A stretch of DNA of 64,000 bases. Origin: Chloroflexota bacterium. Lineage in GTDB: Bacteria; Chloroflexota; UBA6077; FW602-bin22; DAOUAE01. Made by a program: the position numbers and the translations under genes. Position 1 is the first letter of the stretch, and each line of letters starts with the position of its first letter. The notes beneath the pieces are model-generated. The model was given only the letters and a program-made list of their open reading frames with translations. It was not told where the DNA came from and did no database searches. Positions 9,917-20,505 of this stretch are shown here, piece after piece. Location of the stretch: assembly GCA_034433795.1 (NCBI GenBank), contig DAOUAE010000013.1, positions 1 to 64,000 on the forward strand. The letters are read 5' to 3'.

Positions 9917-10234
9917 CTAGTGGCCGGGATGGCAGTAGGCGCCCACCATCTCCTGGTCGGTGGCCTGGGTCTGGGTTTGGGTCTGGGTCTGAGCCGGGGC
10001 GGTGGTGGCCGGCCCCTGAACCGGAGCGGCCGGCTCGGTCGTGCGCTCCGGGGCGACCGGCGGGGCGGCGGCCGGCTGGACGGTCAGGGCCGGCAGAGTC
10101 GGCAGGCGAAAGACCAGGAAACCTCCGGGCCCCTGGCCCTCGCGGGCGGTGGCCGCCTGGCTCACGCAGGCGGCACCCAGGAGAGCCACGGTCCCCCCGA
10201 TGGCGATCAGCCGGACCAGACGCCGGGAAGCCAT
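9917..10234 (-). CDS. small secreted protein with TQ repeats and C-terminal CHPGH
   Basis: Start at ATG 10232-10234 (RBS GGAAGGAG) gives MASRRLVRLIAIGGTVALLGAACVSQA signal, a Pro/Ala-rich linker, (TQ)5 and a C-terminus MVGAYCHPGH. The track ORF starts further upstream. Confidence 0.45.
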   Translation of the reverse strand: MASRRLVRLIAIGGTVALLGAACVSQAATAREGQGPGGFLVFRLPTLPALTVQPAAAPPVAPERTTEPAAPVQGPATTAPAQTQTQTQTQATDQEMVGAYCHPGH

Positions 10235-10316
10235 ATACCACTCCTTCCCATCGGCCCGCGGGCCGATAGCGCTCTTGGCGAAGAGTGTACTGGCCGCTCC
10301 ATCGGCTGTCAAGGGG

Positions 10317-11909
10317 TCAGCGCCGGGTCCGGCGCAGGATCTCGTGGGCGGCGTTATGGCCGGGCATTCCGGTCACACCCCCGCCGGGGTGGGTGCCGGA
10401 GCCACAGAGATAGAGATCCCGGATGGGGGTGGCGTAGCGGGCCCAGCCGGGCGCCGGGCGAAAGACAAACAGCTGGTCCAGGCGCAGGTCGCCGTGGAAG
10501 AGGCTGCCCCCGGTCAGACCGTACTCCGTCTCCAGGTCGAGCGGCGAGAGGGCGTGGACGTGCTCGATGGCCGCCGGGAGATTGGGCGCGTATTGGGCCA
10601 GAAGGTCGATCGCCCGTCGGACAAAGCGGTCTTTCTCCTCGGCCCAGGAGCCGCTCCGCAGCTGGTAGGGGGTGTACTGGGCGAAGATGGACAGAAGATG
10701 CTTGCCCGGCGGGGCCAGGTCCGGGTCGTAGACGGTGGGGATGGTGATCTCCAGCAGCGGTTCGCGCGAGGGCTGACCGTACTTGGCATCGTCCCAGGCC
10801 CGTTCGAGGGCCTCAAGTGAGGGGCAGATATGGGTGGTCCCCCGGTGCTGGGGGCCCGGGGCCGTGCCGGGCAGAGCCGTATAGCTGGGCAGCTCGCCCA
10901 GCGCCAGGTTGATCTTGAAGGCCACGCCGGTGCAGCGGTAGGCCTGGATCCGGGCGACGAACTCTGGAGGCAGCGCCTCTGGCCCGACCAGGTCCAGGAA
11001 GGTGCGTTTCGGGTCGGTGTTGGCGACGACCACCCGCGCCCGGTACTCGCTGCCGTCGGCCAGCACCACTCCCGCGGCCTGGCCGTCGCGGACCAGGATC
11101 CGGCTGACCGGGGCCAGCGTCCGGATCTCGGCTCCCGCCGCCCGGGCGGCGGCCGCCAGGGCCTGGGTCAGCCCGCCCATGCCGCCTTTGACAAAGCCCC
11201 AGAGACCCCGAACACCCCCGACCCCGCCCATCACATGGTGGAGCAGGACATAGCCCGTGCCCGGCGACGCCGGGCCGGCCGGGGCTCCGATGACCCCATC
11301 GGTGGCCAGGGCCACCTTGAGGGGCTCGCTCTCGAACCACTGGTCGAGGATCTCGGCCACGCTGGCCGCGAAGAGCCGCGCCAGGGCGGAAAGATCGGCC
11401 GGCCCGAGACGGAGCAACCGACGGGCCAGGTCGAGGAGCAGCCGCCAGTCGGTCAGGTCGCGTGGGGGCAGGTTCGGGGGCGGTCGGAGCAGCAGCGGCT
11501 CGATGAACCGGGCCAGCCGCTCGATCTGGGCCGCGTAATCCGGGTAGCGGGCGGCGTCGCGGGGCGAGAACCGGGCGATCGCGGCGCAGGTCCGCGGCTG
11601 ATCGGGGTACATAAAGAAATATCTCCCATCGGGGAGCGGGGAGAAGTAGGCCGGGTCCTTGGGCCAGACGTGGTAGCCGAAGCGCCGCAGGTCCAGCTCA
11701 CGGACGATCTTCTCCGGAAAGAGGCTCACCAGGTAGGCGGCGGTCGAGACGCGGTAGCCGGGGAAGACCTCTTCGGTCACACAGGCCCCGCCGAGCACCG
11801 CCCGGCGCTCGAGCACCAGCACCCGCCAGCCGGCCCGCGCCAGGTAGGCAGCCGTCACCAGACCATTATGGCCACCGCCGACGATAATGGCATCGTAGCG
11901 TCCGGTCAT
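10317..11909 (-). CDS. FAD-dependent oxidoreductase, phytoene-desaturase (CrtI-like) family
   Basis: Real start MTGRYDAIIVGGGHNGLVTAAYLARAG (Rossmann GxGxxG) at ATG 11907-11909. The 950-aa track ORF is this gene read through into the upstream gene in another frame. Confidence 0.8.
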   Translation of the reverse strand: MTGRYDAIIVGGGHNGLVTAAYLARAGWRVLVLERRAVLGGACVTEEVFPGYRVSTAAYLVSLFPEKIVRELDLRRFGYHVWPKDPAYFSPLPDGRYFFMYPDQPRTCAAIARFSPRDAARYPDYAAQIERLARFIEPLLLRPPPNLPPRDLTDWRLLLDLARRLLRLGPADLSALARLFAASVAEILDQWFESEPLKVALATDGVIGAPAGPASPGTGYVLLHHVMGGVGGVRGLWGFVKGGMGGLTQALAAAARAAGAEIRTLAPVSRILVRDGQAAGVVLADGSEYRARVVVANTDPKRTFLDLVGPEALPPEFVARIQAYRCTGVAFKINLALGELPSYTALPGTAPGPQHRGTTHICPSLEALERAWDDAKYGQPSREPLLEITIPTVYDPDLAPPGKHLLSIFAQYTPYQLRSGSWAEEKDRFVRRAIDLLAQYAPNLPAAIEHVHALSPLDLETEYGLTGGSLFHGDLRLDQLFVFRPAPGWARYATPIRDLYLCGSGTHPGGGVTGMPGHNAAHEILRRTRR

Positions 11910-12826
11910 GCGGTCGGTCTCAGGCGGCGATGGAGTGCCGCGATGTGATCGGGGGTGGTGCCGCAGCAGCCGCCCAGAATGCGCGCTCCCATCGCCCGCC
12001 ATTGCTGGCCCAGGGCGGCGTAGCGCTCGGGCGGATACTCGTCGGTGAAAAGCCACTCCGGCGGGTCGAAGCGGCCGATGTGCGGGTAGACGCCGACCGG
12101 GCAGGGGGCCACCGGGGCCAGAACCGCCAGGCCTCGGGTGATGTCCTCGGGCGGGGCGCAGTTCAGAAGCAGCGCCTCCGGGGCCAGCGGCGCCAGCGCC
12201 TGGACGGCCTCGGCCAGCGTCTCGCCGGTGAAAAGACGCCCCTCTTCGTCGGGGACGAACGAGACCCAGTACGGGAGGCCGAGACTCCGGGCGGCGCGGG
12301 CGGCGGCCACCGCCTCCCGGATCGCGTTCACCGTCTCGATGAGGAGCAGGTCCACGCCGGCCTCGGCGAAGACGGCCATGGTCTCGCGGTACTCGGCCTC
12401 GGCCGCCGCCGGCGAGGGGGCCAGGTCGGGGCGGAAGCACCATTCCAGGGTGGTCAGCGAGCCGGCGATGGCCACCGGCCGGCCGCCGGCCGCCGCAGCC
12501 CGGGCCGCCTGGGCCAGCCGGACGCCGGCCCGAATGAGGTCGCGCCAGCGAGTCTCCAGATCGGGCGCCCCGATGTGCCGGAGGTGAGCCAGGTCGCGGA
12601 AATGGTTGAGGAAACTGCGCCGGGTGAGCTGGAAGGTGTTGGTGGTGATGACATCGGCCCCGGCCAGGATGTAGTCGCGGTGGATGGCCTGGACGACCTC
12701 GGGACGGCGCTGCAGCTGGTGGTCGGCCCAGCTGACCTGGCGGCGCAGGATCTCGGTGCCGATGGCGCCGTCGAGGAGAACGGTCTCCCCCCGCGCGAGC
12801 CGCTCGCGGATAGCCTCGTAGCTCAC
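11906..12826 (-). CDS. homocysteine S-methyltransferase domain protein (paralogue 2)
   Basis: Pfam S-methyl_trans-like: VLLDGAIGTE, TNTFQ, zinc-ligand motif GGCCGTTPDHI. GTG start 12824-12826 after GGAGG. Stop overlaps the oxidoreductase start (ATGA). Confidence 0.8.
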   Translation of the reverse strand: MSYEAIRERLARGETVLLDGAIGTEILRRQVSWADHQLQRRPEVVQAIHRDYILAGADVITTNTFQLTRRSFLNHFRDLAHLRHIGAPDLETRWRDLIRAGVRLAQAARAAAAGGRPVAIAGSLTTLEWCFRPDLAPSPAAAEAEYRETMAVFAEAGVDLLLIETVNAIREAVAAARAARSLGLPYWVSFVPDEEGRLFTGETLAEAVQALAPLAPEALLLNCAPPEDITRGLAVLAPVAPCPVGVYPHIGRFDPPEWLFTDEYPPERYAALGQQWRAMGARILGGCCGTTPDHIAALHRRLRPTA

Positions 12827-13767
12827 GGTGCGGCCTCCAGGCCCGCCCGCAGGGCCCGAATGTGGTCCGGCGTGGTGCCGCAGCAGCCGCCGATGATCTG
12901 GGCGCCGGCCGCCTGCCAGGCGCGGGCCGCCGCCAGATAGCGTTCGGGCGGCCACTCCTCGGTCCCGGTGAACTGGGGATAGAACTCGAACTTCCAGCTG
13001 GGCGGGTCGAAGCGGCCGATGTGGGCGAAGGCGCCGATGGGGCGCATCCCCAGCGCGGCCAGAACGCCGACCGCCCGGCCGATATCCGCGGGTGGGGCGC
13101 AGTTGACCAGCACCGCCGCCGCGCCCTCCCGGCGCACCCTCTGAGCGGCCTGGGCCAGCGGCTCGCCACTCAGGAGATCGCCCTCCGGCCCCAGGACAAA
13201 ACTGACCCAGACCGGGAGCCCGGTCTCGCGGGCCGCAGCCAGGGCCGCCATCGCCTCGGCCAGCGTGTTCATCGACTCCAGCAGCAGGAGATCCACCCCG
13301 GCTCCGGCCAGCGTCTGGGCGATCTCGGCGTGCTCGGCCCGGGCGACCGTGGCCGGCGGGGCGAGGTCAGGCCGGAAGCAGTGCTCCAGAGGGCCGATGA
13401 CGCCGGCAATGGCGACCTCTGGCCGGCCGACCCGCGCCCGGGCCGCCCGGGCCAGGGCCACCGCCTGCTCCAGGAGCCGGACCGGTCGCTCCTCCAGGTC
13501 CGGTGCCCCGATCCGGCGCATATGGGCACGGTCGCGGAAGACGTTGAGATAAAGCCGGCGGTTGAGCTGGAAGGTGTTGGTGCGGATGACGTCGGCCCCG
13601 GCCAGAAGGTACTCCTCATGCAGCGCCTGGACCGCCCCGGGCGCCAGCCGCAGTCCGTGGTCGCGCCAGCGCACACCACGCCGGACCAGTTCGGTGCCGA
13701 GCGCCCCGTCGAGAAGCACCCACTCACCGCGCTCCAGACGCCGCTGGAGCGTCTCAGCCGGAGACAT
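12823..13767 (-). CDS. homocysteine S-methyltransferase domain protein (paralogue 1)
   Basis: MSPAETLQRRLERGEWVLLDGALGTE...GGCCGTTPDHIRAL. About 45% identical to paralogue 2. ATG 13765-13767 after GGAGAGGGG. Confidence 0.8.
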   Translation of the reverse strand: MSPAETLQRRLERGEWVLLDGALGTELVRRGVRWRDHGLRLAPGAVQALHEEYLLAGADVIRTNTFQLNRRLYLNVFRDRAHMRRIGAPDLEERPVRLLEQAVALARAARARVGRPEVAIAGVIGPLEHCFRPDLAPPATVARAEHAEIAQTLAGAGVDLLLLESMNTLAEAMAALAAARETGLPVWVSFVLGPEGDLLSGEPLAQAAQRVRREGAAAVLVNCAPPADIGRAVGVLAALGMRPIGAFAHIGRFDPPSWKFEFYPQFTGTEEWPPERYLAAARAWQAAGAQIIGGCCGTTPDHIRALRAGLEAAP

Positions 13768-13798
13768 CGCCCCTCTCCGCACAGGCGGTGCTTTGTCT

Positions 13799-13827
13799 CT
13801 CATAGCAGACCAGCAGCCGCCTGTCAA
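13799..13827 (-). promoter_or_regulatory. sigma-70-like promoter (TTGACA-17-TATGAG) of the HMT/oxidoreductase operon
   Basis: Minus-strand gcaTTGACAggcggctgctggtctgcTATGAGagacaaag. Embedded in inverted repeat ACAGGCGG...CCGCCTGT. Confidence 0.4.
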
Positions 13828-13980
13828 TGCTCACGGCTGCCAGTCCGGTGTGAGCGGCGTCCCGCAGGCCAGATGGTGGTCCGGCCGGTCGTCGCCCGCC
13901 CCCCCTGGCCGGGCCGGCCAGGAGCACTGAGGGACCGCCTCCGCCAGGGTCGGTGCGGACCGGGGCGGCCGGGCTGGGGC

Positions 13981-14838
13981 TCAGGCGGCGAAGGGCGACT
14001 GGTACTGACGGGCCTCGGCCAGAAGCGCCGCCATCTCCTCCTGGCTCAGCGGACGGAAACGGGCCCCGGCCGCCAGGACGTGGGGCAGGAGGCGCAGGTC
14101 GCCCGGCGTGGTCAGGGTGGTCACCGGCAGACTGAGAACGAAGGCCACCGCCCGGTCGATCTTCTCCGGGTCGGTGAACGGCGCGTACCAGGTGTCGTGG
14201 GTCTTGGGCTCGGTTCCCCAGGGGCCGCGGGCCACGGTCTTGATGATCTGGACGCCCACGTCTTTCTCCCGGGCCACCCGCAGCAACTGGTCGGCCGCCG
14301 CCCGGTAGGCCGGGTCGCTGTAGAGAACGAAGTTGAGGGGGAACATGACAGTGTCGAAATCGAAGCGGCGCAGGGCCTCCAGGTGGGTAGCGGGCGCCTG
14401 ATGGCCGTGGCCGGTGATGCCGATCCAGCGCACCAGCCCCTGCTCACGGGCCTGGATGATCGCCTCCAGCGCCCCGCCGGGGGCGGTGCACTTGTCCAGC
14501 TCCTCCAGCGTCCCGACGGCGTGGAGCTGGTAGAGGTCGAACGAGTCCACCCGCAGACGCTCCAGCGAGCGGTGCAGTTCGGCCCAGGCCCCCTCGCGGG
14601 TGCGCTGCTGGGTCTTGCAGCCCAGAAAGACCTGCGACCGGATCTGCGGCATCCAGGGGCCGAGGCGGACCTCGGCCTCGCCGTAGGAGGGGGCGACGTC
14701 GATGTGGTTGACGCCGTACTCCAGGACCAGTTCCATGGCCCGGTCAGCCTCGGCCTGGGAGACGCGGGCCAGGGCGACCGCCCCGAAGGTGATGACGGTG
14801 CTCAGATGCCCGGTGCGCCCGAGCCGCCGTTTCTCCAT
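13981..14838 (-). CDS. aldo/keto reductase
   Basis: MEKRRLGRTGHLSTVITFGA...GVNHIDVAPSYGEAE...ITGHGH: AKR family. ATG 14836-14838. Confidence 0.8.
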   Translation of the reverse strand: MEKRRLGRTGHLSTVITFGAVALARVSQAEADRAMELVLEYGVNHIDVAPSYGEAEVRLGPWMPQIRSQVFLGCKTQQRTREGAWAELHRSLERLRVDSFDLYQLHAVGTLEELDKCTAPGGALEAIIQAREQGLVRWIGITGHGHQAPATHLEALRRFDFDTVMFPLNFVLYSDPAYRAAADQLLRVAREKDVGVQIIKTVARGPWGTEPKTHDTWYAPFTDPEKIDRAVAFVLSLPVTTLTTPGDLRLLPHVLAAGARFRPLSQEEMAALLAEARQYQSPFAA

Positions 14839-15025
14839 CGATCTTTCCCCCAACGGTCGATGACGGGGGCGGCTGCACCCCCCCTCATCGGTGTGGTGAC
14901 GATTATAGCAGGGGGAAGGGACGGCCACAAGGCCGCTTTTTTTACGCACTTTTCACGCCCCGTCTCTTGCTTTTTGTCACGCCTGCCCCGAACATGTATT
15001 CCGAACTTTTATTCGGGAGGCATCG

Positions 15026-15526
15026 GTGAAAGCCTGGCGGCTGCTCACCCCGCTGCTGGTCATCGCCACGTTCGTCGGCTGCGTCGTCTACACCACCGGG
15101 GCGGTCGGCCGACGCGATCCCCTCTGGTTCTGGCCGCAGACGCTACCAGCCCCGGTCGAGGTCCGGGTCTCCCGCGCCGGTCAGCTGTGGCGGCTGCGGC
15201 CGGGGGAGCCGGCCTATCAGGAGGTCACCGCGGCTCTGGCCGAGCAGCTGGACCGGATCCAGGGGGTCACCCGTCTGGGGCTGACCCCCGAGACCCTCGC
15301 CCGGTACCGGGAGCGGGAGACGACCATCGAGGTCCTCTACGCCCAGCCGCTGCGGCTGCGCGGCGCGCTCGACCTGGGCCGGCCCACCCGCCTGCTCATT
15401 CCCCTCTCGGGGCCTTACAGCGACCTCAACGTGGTCTTCCCCGGCGACGGCGATGCGCTCTGGGCCGGGGCGCTGCGGGTCGAGAGCACCGCCGTCTTCC
15501 GGGCGATTGTCGCCCGTCTGCCGTAG
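15026..15526 (+). CDS. hypothetical lipoprotein
   Basis: GTG start after GGGAGG. Signal with lipobox FVGC. Confidence 0.5.
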   Translation: MKAWRLLTPLLVIATFVGCVVYTTGAVGRRDPLWFWPQTLPAPVEVRVSRAGQLWRLRPGEPAYQEVTAALAEQLDRIQGVTRLGLTPETLARYRERETTIEVLYAQPLRLRGALDLGRPTRLLIPLSGPYSDLNVVFPGDGDALWAGALRVESTAVFRAIVARLP

Positions 15527-15602
15527 CCTCACGCTGACAGCCGGGCCACCGATCCAGTCGCAGCCCGACCGTCACCGGATGGTCGTCTGAAGGGAGGTCG
15601 TC

Positions 15603-15815
15603 GTGTTTGGGGACTTTGAGGTGCGCGTGCAGCTGGCGCGCGAGCGCCGCGCGGCCCTTCTCCGCGAGGCCGAGATCGCCCGCCGGCTGGCCGAGGCGCC
15701 GGCGAGGCGTCCGGGCTGGCGGGGGACGCTGGCCGCCGGTCTGCGCTGGCTGGCCGACCGTCTCGACCCCGGTGGCCGGGCGCTGATCCCGGAGACGGTC
15801 GCCGGGGAGCGCTAG
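15603..15815 (+). CDS. hypothetical small protein (70 aa)
   Basis: GTG start after AAGGGAGGT. High GC3 in frame. Confidence 0.4.
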   Translation: MFGDFEVRVQLARERRAALLREAEIARRLAEAPARRPGWRGTLAAGLRWLADRLDPGGRALIPETVAGER

Positions 15816-15827
15816 CGGCAGGGACGT

Positions 15828-16904
15828 TCAGCGTCGCTCCAGGTACCAGCGGATGGCCTCGCGGTCGATGACGAAGCCGAAGCCCGGCGCCTCTCCCAGG
15901 GTGATGACCCCCTCGCGCACCTCAAGCGGCTGGACGATAGGAGGCCGGGTCGGCCGCAGCCCGTGATAGAGGCCGACCTCGACGATCAGGCCATTGGGGA
16001 CGCCAGCCACGCAGTGGGCGCCGATGTGCGGGTTGCCGTGGGGGGCCATCGGCAGGTTGTGGGCGGCGGCGTAGGCGGCGATACGCCGCCACTCGGTGAT
16101 CCCGCCGCAGTACAGCGGATCGGCCTGGATGATATCGGCGGCCCGGGCGTCGATGAGGTCGCGGAAGGCGTAGCGGGTGCTGACGTTCTCGCCGGTGGCC
16201 ACCGGGATGTCGAGGGCCCGCGCCACCTCGGCGCAGCCCCGGTAGTCCCAGGGGTCCACCGGCTCCTCCAGCCAGTAGGGGTCGCAATCGGCCACCGCTC
16301 GGGCGAAGCGGATGGCCTCGTGCGGCAGCCAGGCGTGGTTGGCGTCGAGCATAAGGTCCACCGCGGGGCCGATGGCCTGGCGGACCGCCCGAACCCGCTC
16401 GAGGTCCTCGCGGAAGGAGGCCCCGGCCACCTTCATCTTCACCGCCCGGAAGCCGGCCTCGACGAAGCCGGTCATCTCGGCCACCAGTGCGGCAATGCCC
16501 TTCCCCTCCTGGTACATGCCGCCGGCGGCGTAGGCCGGCACCCGCTCGCGCGCTCCACCGAGCAGCCGCCAGACCGGCTGGTTCAGGATCTTCCCGATGA
16601 GATCCCAGAGGGCGATGTCCACCTTGCTGAGGGCCATGACCTCGTCCATCTTGGGATGGCGCCAGCCCTGGAAGAGGCGGGTCCAGAGGCGTTCGATCTC
16701 CAGGGGATTCTGGCCAACCAGCAGCTCCTTAAACGGCCCTTCGACGATGGCCGGGTTGGCGCCGGCCGGGCAGAAGCCGGTCAGCCCCTCATCGGTGAAG
16801 ACCTCGACGTAGCCGACGCTCCAGCGGATGTTGCGCAGGCCGGCGTCGCTCAGGGGATCGGGCCCGAGGTCGATGAGGACGGCTTTGATGTCGGTGATGC
16901 GCAC
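15828..16904 (-). CDS. mandelate racemase / muconate lactonizing enzyme family (enolase superfamily)
   Basis: 358 aa. N-terminal capping domain plus TIM barrel with KMKVAG, DANHAW and EEP metal-ligand motifs. Confidence 0.8.
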   Translation of the reverse strand: MRITDIKAVLIDLGPDPLSDAGLRNIRWSVGYVEVFTDEGLTGFCPAGANPAIVEGPFKELLVGQNPLEIERLWTRLFQGWRHPKMDEVMALSKVDIALWDLIGKILNQPVWRLLGGARERVPAYAAGGMYQEGKGIAALVAEMTGFVEAGFRAVKMKVAGASFREDLERVRAVRQAIGPAVDLMLDANHAWLPHEAIRFARAVADCDPYWLEEPVDPWDYRGCAEVARALDIPVATGENVSTRYAFRDLIDARAADIIQADPLYCGGITEWRRIAAYAAAHNLPMAPHGNPHIGAHCVAGVPNGLIVEVGLYHGLRPTRPPIVQPLEVREGVITLGEAPGFGFVIDREAIRWYLERR

Positions 16905-16937
16905 GGGTCCTCCTCGCGGTCGGAAGCGCGACCGCCG

Positions 16938-18595
<1,658 letters not shown>

Positions 18596-18882
18596 CGCTG
18601 TTCACTCCGCTGTCGGATCTGGTGACCGGATGGCCGGGAAAACGAAAAGCCCCGCAGACCGGCGAACGGCGGGCCTCGCCAGCGCCGGGCCCGGGCCCCT
18701 TCGACAGCACTCTCACCGTCTGGCAAGATAATACCGAAGGGGAAGGGGGTCTGTCAAACCACCGGCGGTCGACCGTCAGGACCCTCTTGACACGTCCCTG
18801 CCAGCCTATTATACCGATCCCGGACACCAGGCGGGGAGGAGCTGCCCCTCTCTGTTGCCTGGGATTTACCGAGGAGGGTATA

Positions 18883-20427
18883 ATGGGTGTCTTTCTGACC
18901 AGACGGCGCCTGCTGCGGGGAGCACTGGTTCTGGCGGCTCTCGGGCCGGTCGCGGCGGCCTGTGCGCCGGCGGCCGCTCCCACCCCGACGCCGGCTCCGG
19001 CCAAGCCAGCCGAGGCCCCCAAGCCGGCCGAGCCAACCCCGACCCCGGCCGCCAAACCCGCTCAGCCGCCGAAGCCGGCGGCCGCTCCCACCCCGACGCC
19101 GGCCCCCGCGGCTCAGCCGGCGGCGAAGAAAGAGGTCAGCGGAGTGGTGAAGTGGCTGGTGCGGGCCAACCCGGCCGAGAACAAGGGACAGGAGGAGGTC
19201 TTCGAGCCAGCGATTAAGAAAGTCGCCCCTAACCTGAAGGTAGAACGCATTATCGTCCCGGGTCGGGAATATATCCCCAAACTGAACGCGATGGCTGCCG
19301 CCGGCGACCCGCCCGAACTGTGGGGATTCGGAGGCAACTACATCGACTACTGGGCTCGCCGTCTGACCGAGGACCTCACCCCCTACATCCAGGCCGATAA
19401 GTGGGACGTCGAGAAGTACTTCCTGCCCGGGCTGATGGACAAGTTCAAGATCGGCGGGAAGTACTGGGGCGTCTCGCAGCTCACGACCTTCGGCACGTTC
19501 ATCATCTACAACAAGAAGCTCTTCGATCAGGCCGGGCTGAAGTATCCGCCCGCCGACTGGAATGACCCCTCCTGGAACTTCGATACCCTCTACGACTACG
19601 CCAAGAAACTGACCAAGAACCCCGGCAAGCCCGACGCGGTCTACGGCATCGTCGGCTTCGGCGGCTGGCGGCCGCACGACCTGGCCTACATGTGGGGCAC
19701 CGACGCCTACCTCGATGAACACTACACCAACTTCATCGCCCCCAAGACCCGCTACGACCAGCCCGAACTGGTGGAGGCCCACCAGCTGCTCCAGGACTGG
19801 ATCTGGAAGGAGAAGATCCACCCCAGCCAGGCCGATATCGAAACGCTGGGCGCCGGCGGTCTGCCCAACCCGTTCATGACCGGGCGGATCGGCATGGTTC
19901 AGACCTCGGGCTGGGGCATCTGGACCTTCAGCGTGGTCAAGGACTTCACCTTCGGGGTGGCCCCGCAGGTGCCGTTCCGCGGCAAGAAGAATAAGAAAGT
20001 CACCACCTACAACGACTTCTGGATCATCGGCCGGCAGTCGAAGAACAAGGATGGCGCCTGGGTGGTCATTCGGGCCATCACCTCGGTGGACGCGGTCAAG
20101 GCCTACGCCAAGATCTCCAACACCCCGCCGACCGTGCGCGAGGCGGTCGACGTCTGGTATCAGTACATCTCCGAGCGCCACGGCCAGAGCATCGAGGACC
20201 TGCGCAAGGTCACCGAGGGCTCGATCAACCCGGCCTTCTCGCAGGAGAGCGTCGACCACCTCTTCATCCAGTTCCCCAAGATCAACGACACCTACCGCAA
20301 CGAGGCCGACGTCATCCTGCTCAACAAGGCGCCGGCGGCCGAGGCCTGGCCCAAGATCACCGAGCGGGTGAACGAGATCGTCAAGAGCATCTACGACCAG
20401 TTCAAGGACTCGATGCCGCCCAAGTAG
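18883..20427 (+). CDS. ABC transporter substrate-binding lipoprotein (solute-binding family 1, sugar-type)
   Basis: ATG 18883 after GAGGAGGG. Tat-like signal TRRRLLRGALVLAALG plus lipobox AAAC, a Pro/Ala/Thr/Lys linker, then an SBP_bac_1 fold. No permease or ATPase genes adjacent. Confidence 0.8.
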   Translation: MGVFLTRRRLLRGALVLAALGPVAAACAPAAAPTPTPAPAKPAEAPKPAEPTPTPAAKPAQPPKPAAAPTPTPAPAAQPAAKKEVSGVVKWLVRANPAENKGQEEVFEPAIKKVAPNLKVERIIVPGREYIPKLNAMAAAGDPPELWGFGGNYIDYWARRLTEDLTPYIQADKWDVEKYFLPGLMDKFKIGGKYWGVSQLTTFGTFIIYNKKLFDQAGLKYPPADWNDPSWNFDTLYDYAKKLTKNPGKPDAVYGIVGFGGWRPHDLAYMWGTDAYLDEHYTNFIAPKTRYDQPELVEAHQLLQDWIWKEKIHPSQADIETLGAGGLPNPFMTGRIGMVQTSGWGIWTFSVVKDFTFGVAPQVPFRGKKNKKVTTYNDFWIIGRQSKNKDGAWVVIRAITSVDAVKAYAKISNTPPTVREAVDVWYQYISERHGQSIEDLRKVTEGSINPAFSQESVDHLFIQFPKINDTYRNEADVILLNKAPAAEAWPKITERVNEIVKSIYDQFKDSMPPK

Positions 20428-20447
20428 CCCCGCGGGGCCACTGCCTG

Positions 20448-20486
20448 AGAGGGGTGCTGCAGGAGGCTGCAGCACCCCTCTTTATT
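20448..20486 (+). terminator. intrinsic terminator
   Basis: AGAGGGGTGCTGCAG-gagg-CTGCAGCACCCCTCT followed by TTTATT. Confidence 0.5.
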
Positions 20487-20505
20487 GTGCTAGACTGCTT
20501 GCGCA

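Noticed and set aside
10317-13169. Track ORF of 950 aa, suggesting a giant fusion protein.
   Set aside because: The first ~420 residues are low-complexity read-through across the upstream HMT gene in another frame. The true oxidoreductase starts at MTGRYDAIIVGGG (ATG 11909) with a Rossmann motif. Similar N-terminal over-extensions were trimmed for argS (16938..19055), namZ (52576..54402), amt, ilvB and the HNH gene.
13768-13830. Possible SAM/SAH riboswitch in front of the HMT paralogues.
   Set aside because: The leader is only ~30 nt from the predicted TSS to the ATG, too short for an aptamer. The inverted repeat overlaps the promoter and is more likely an operator.
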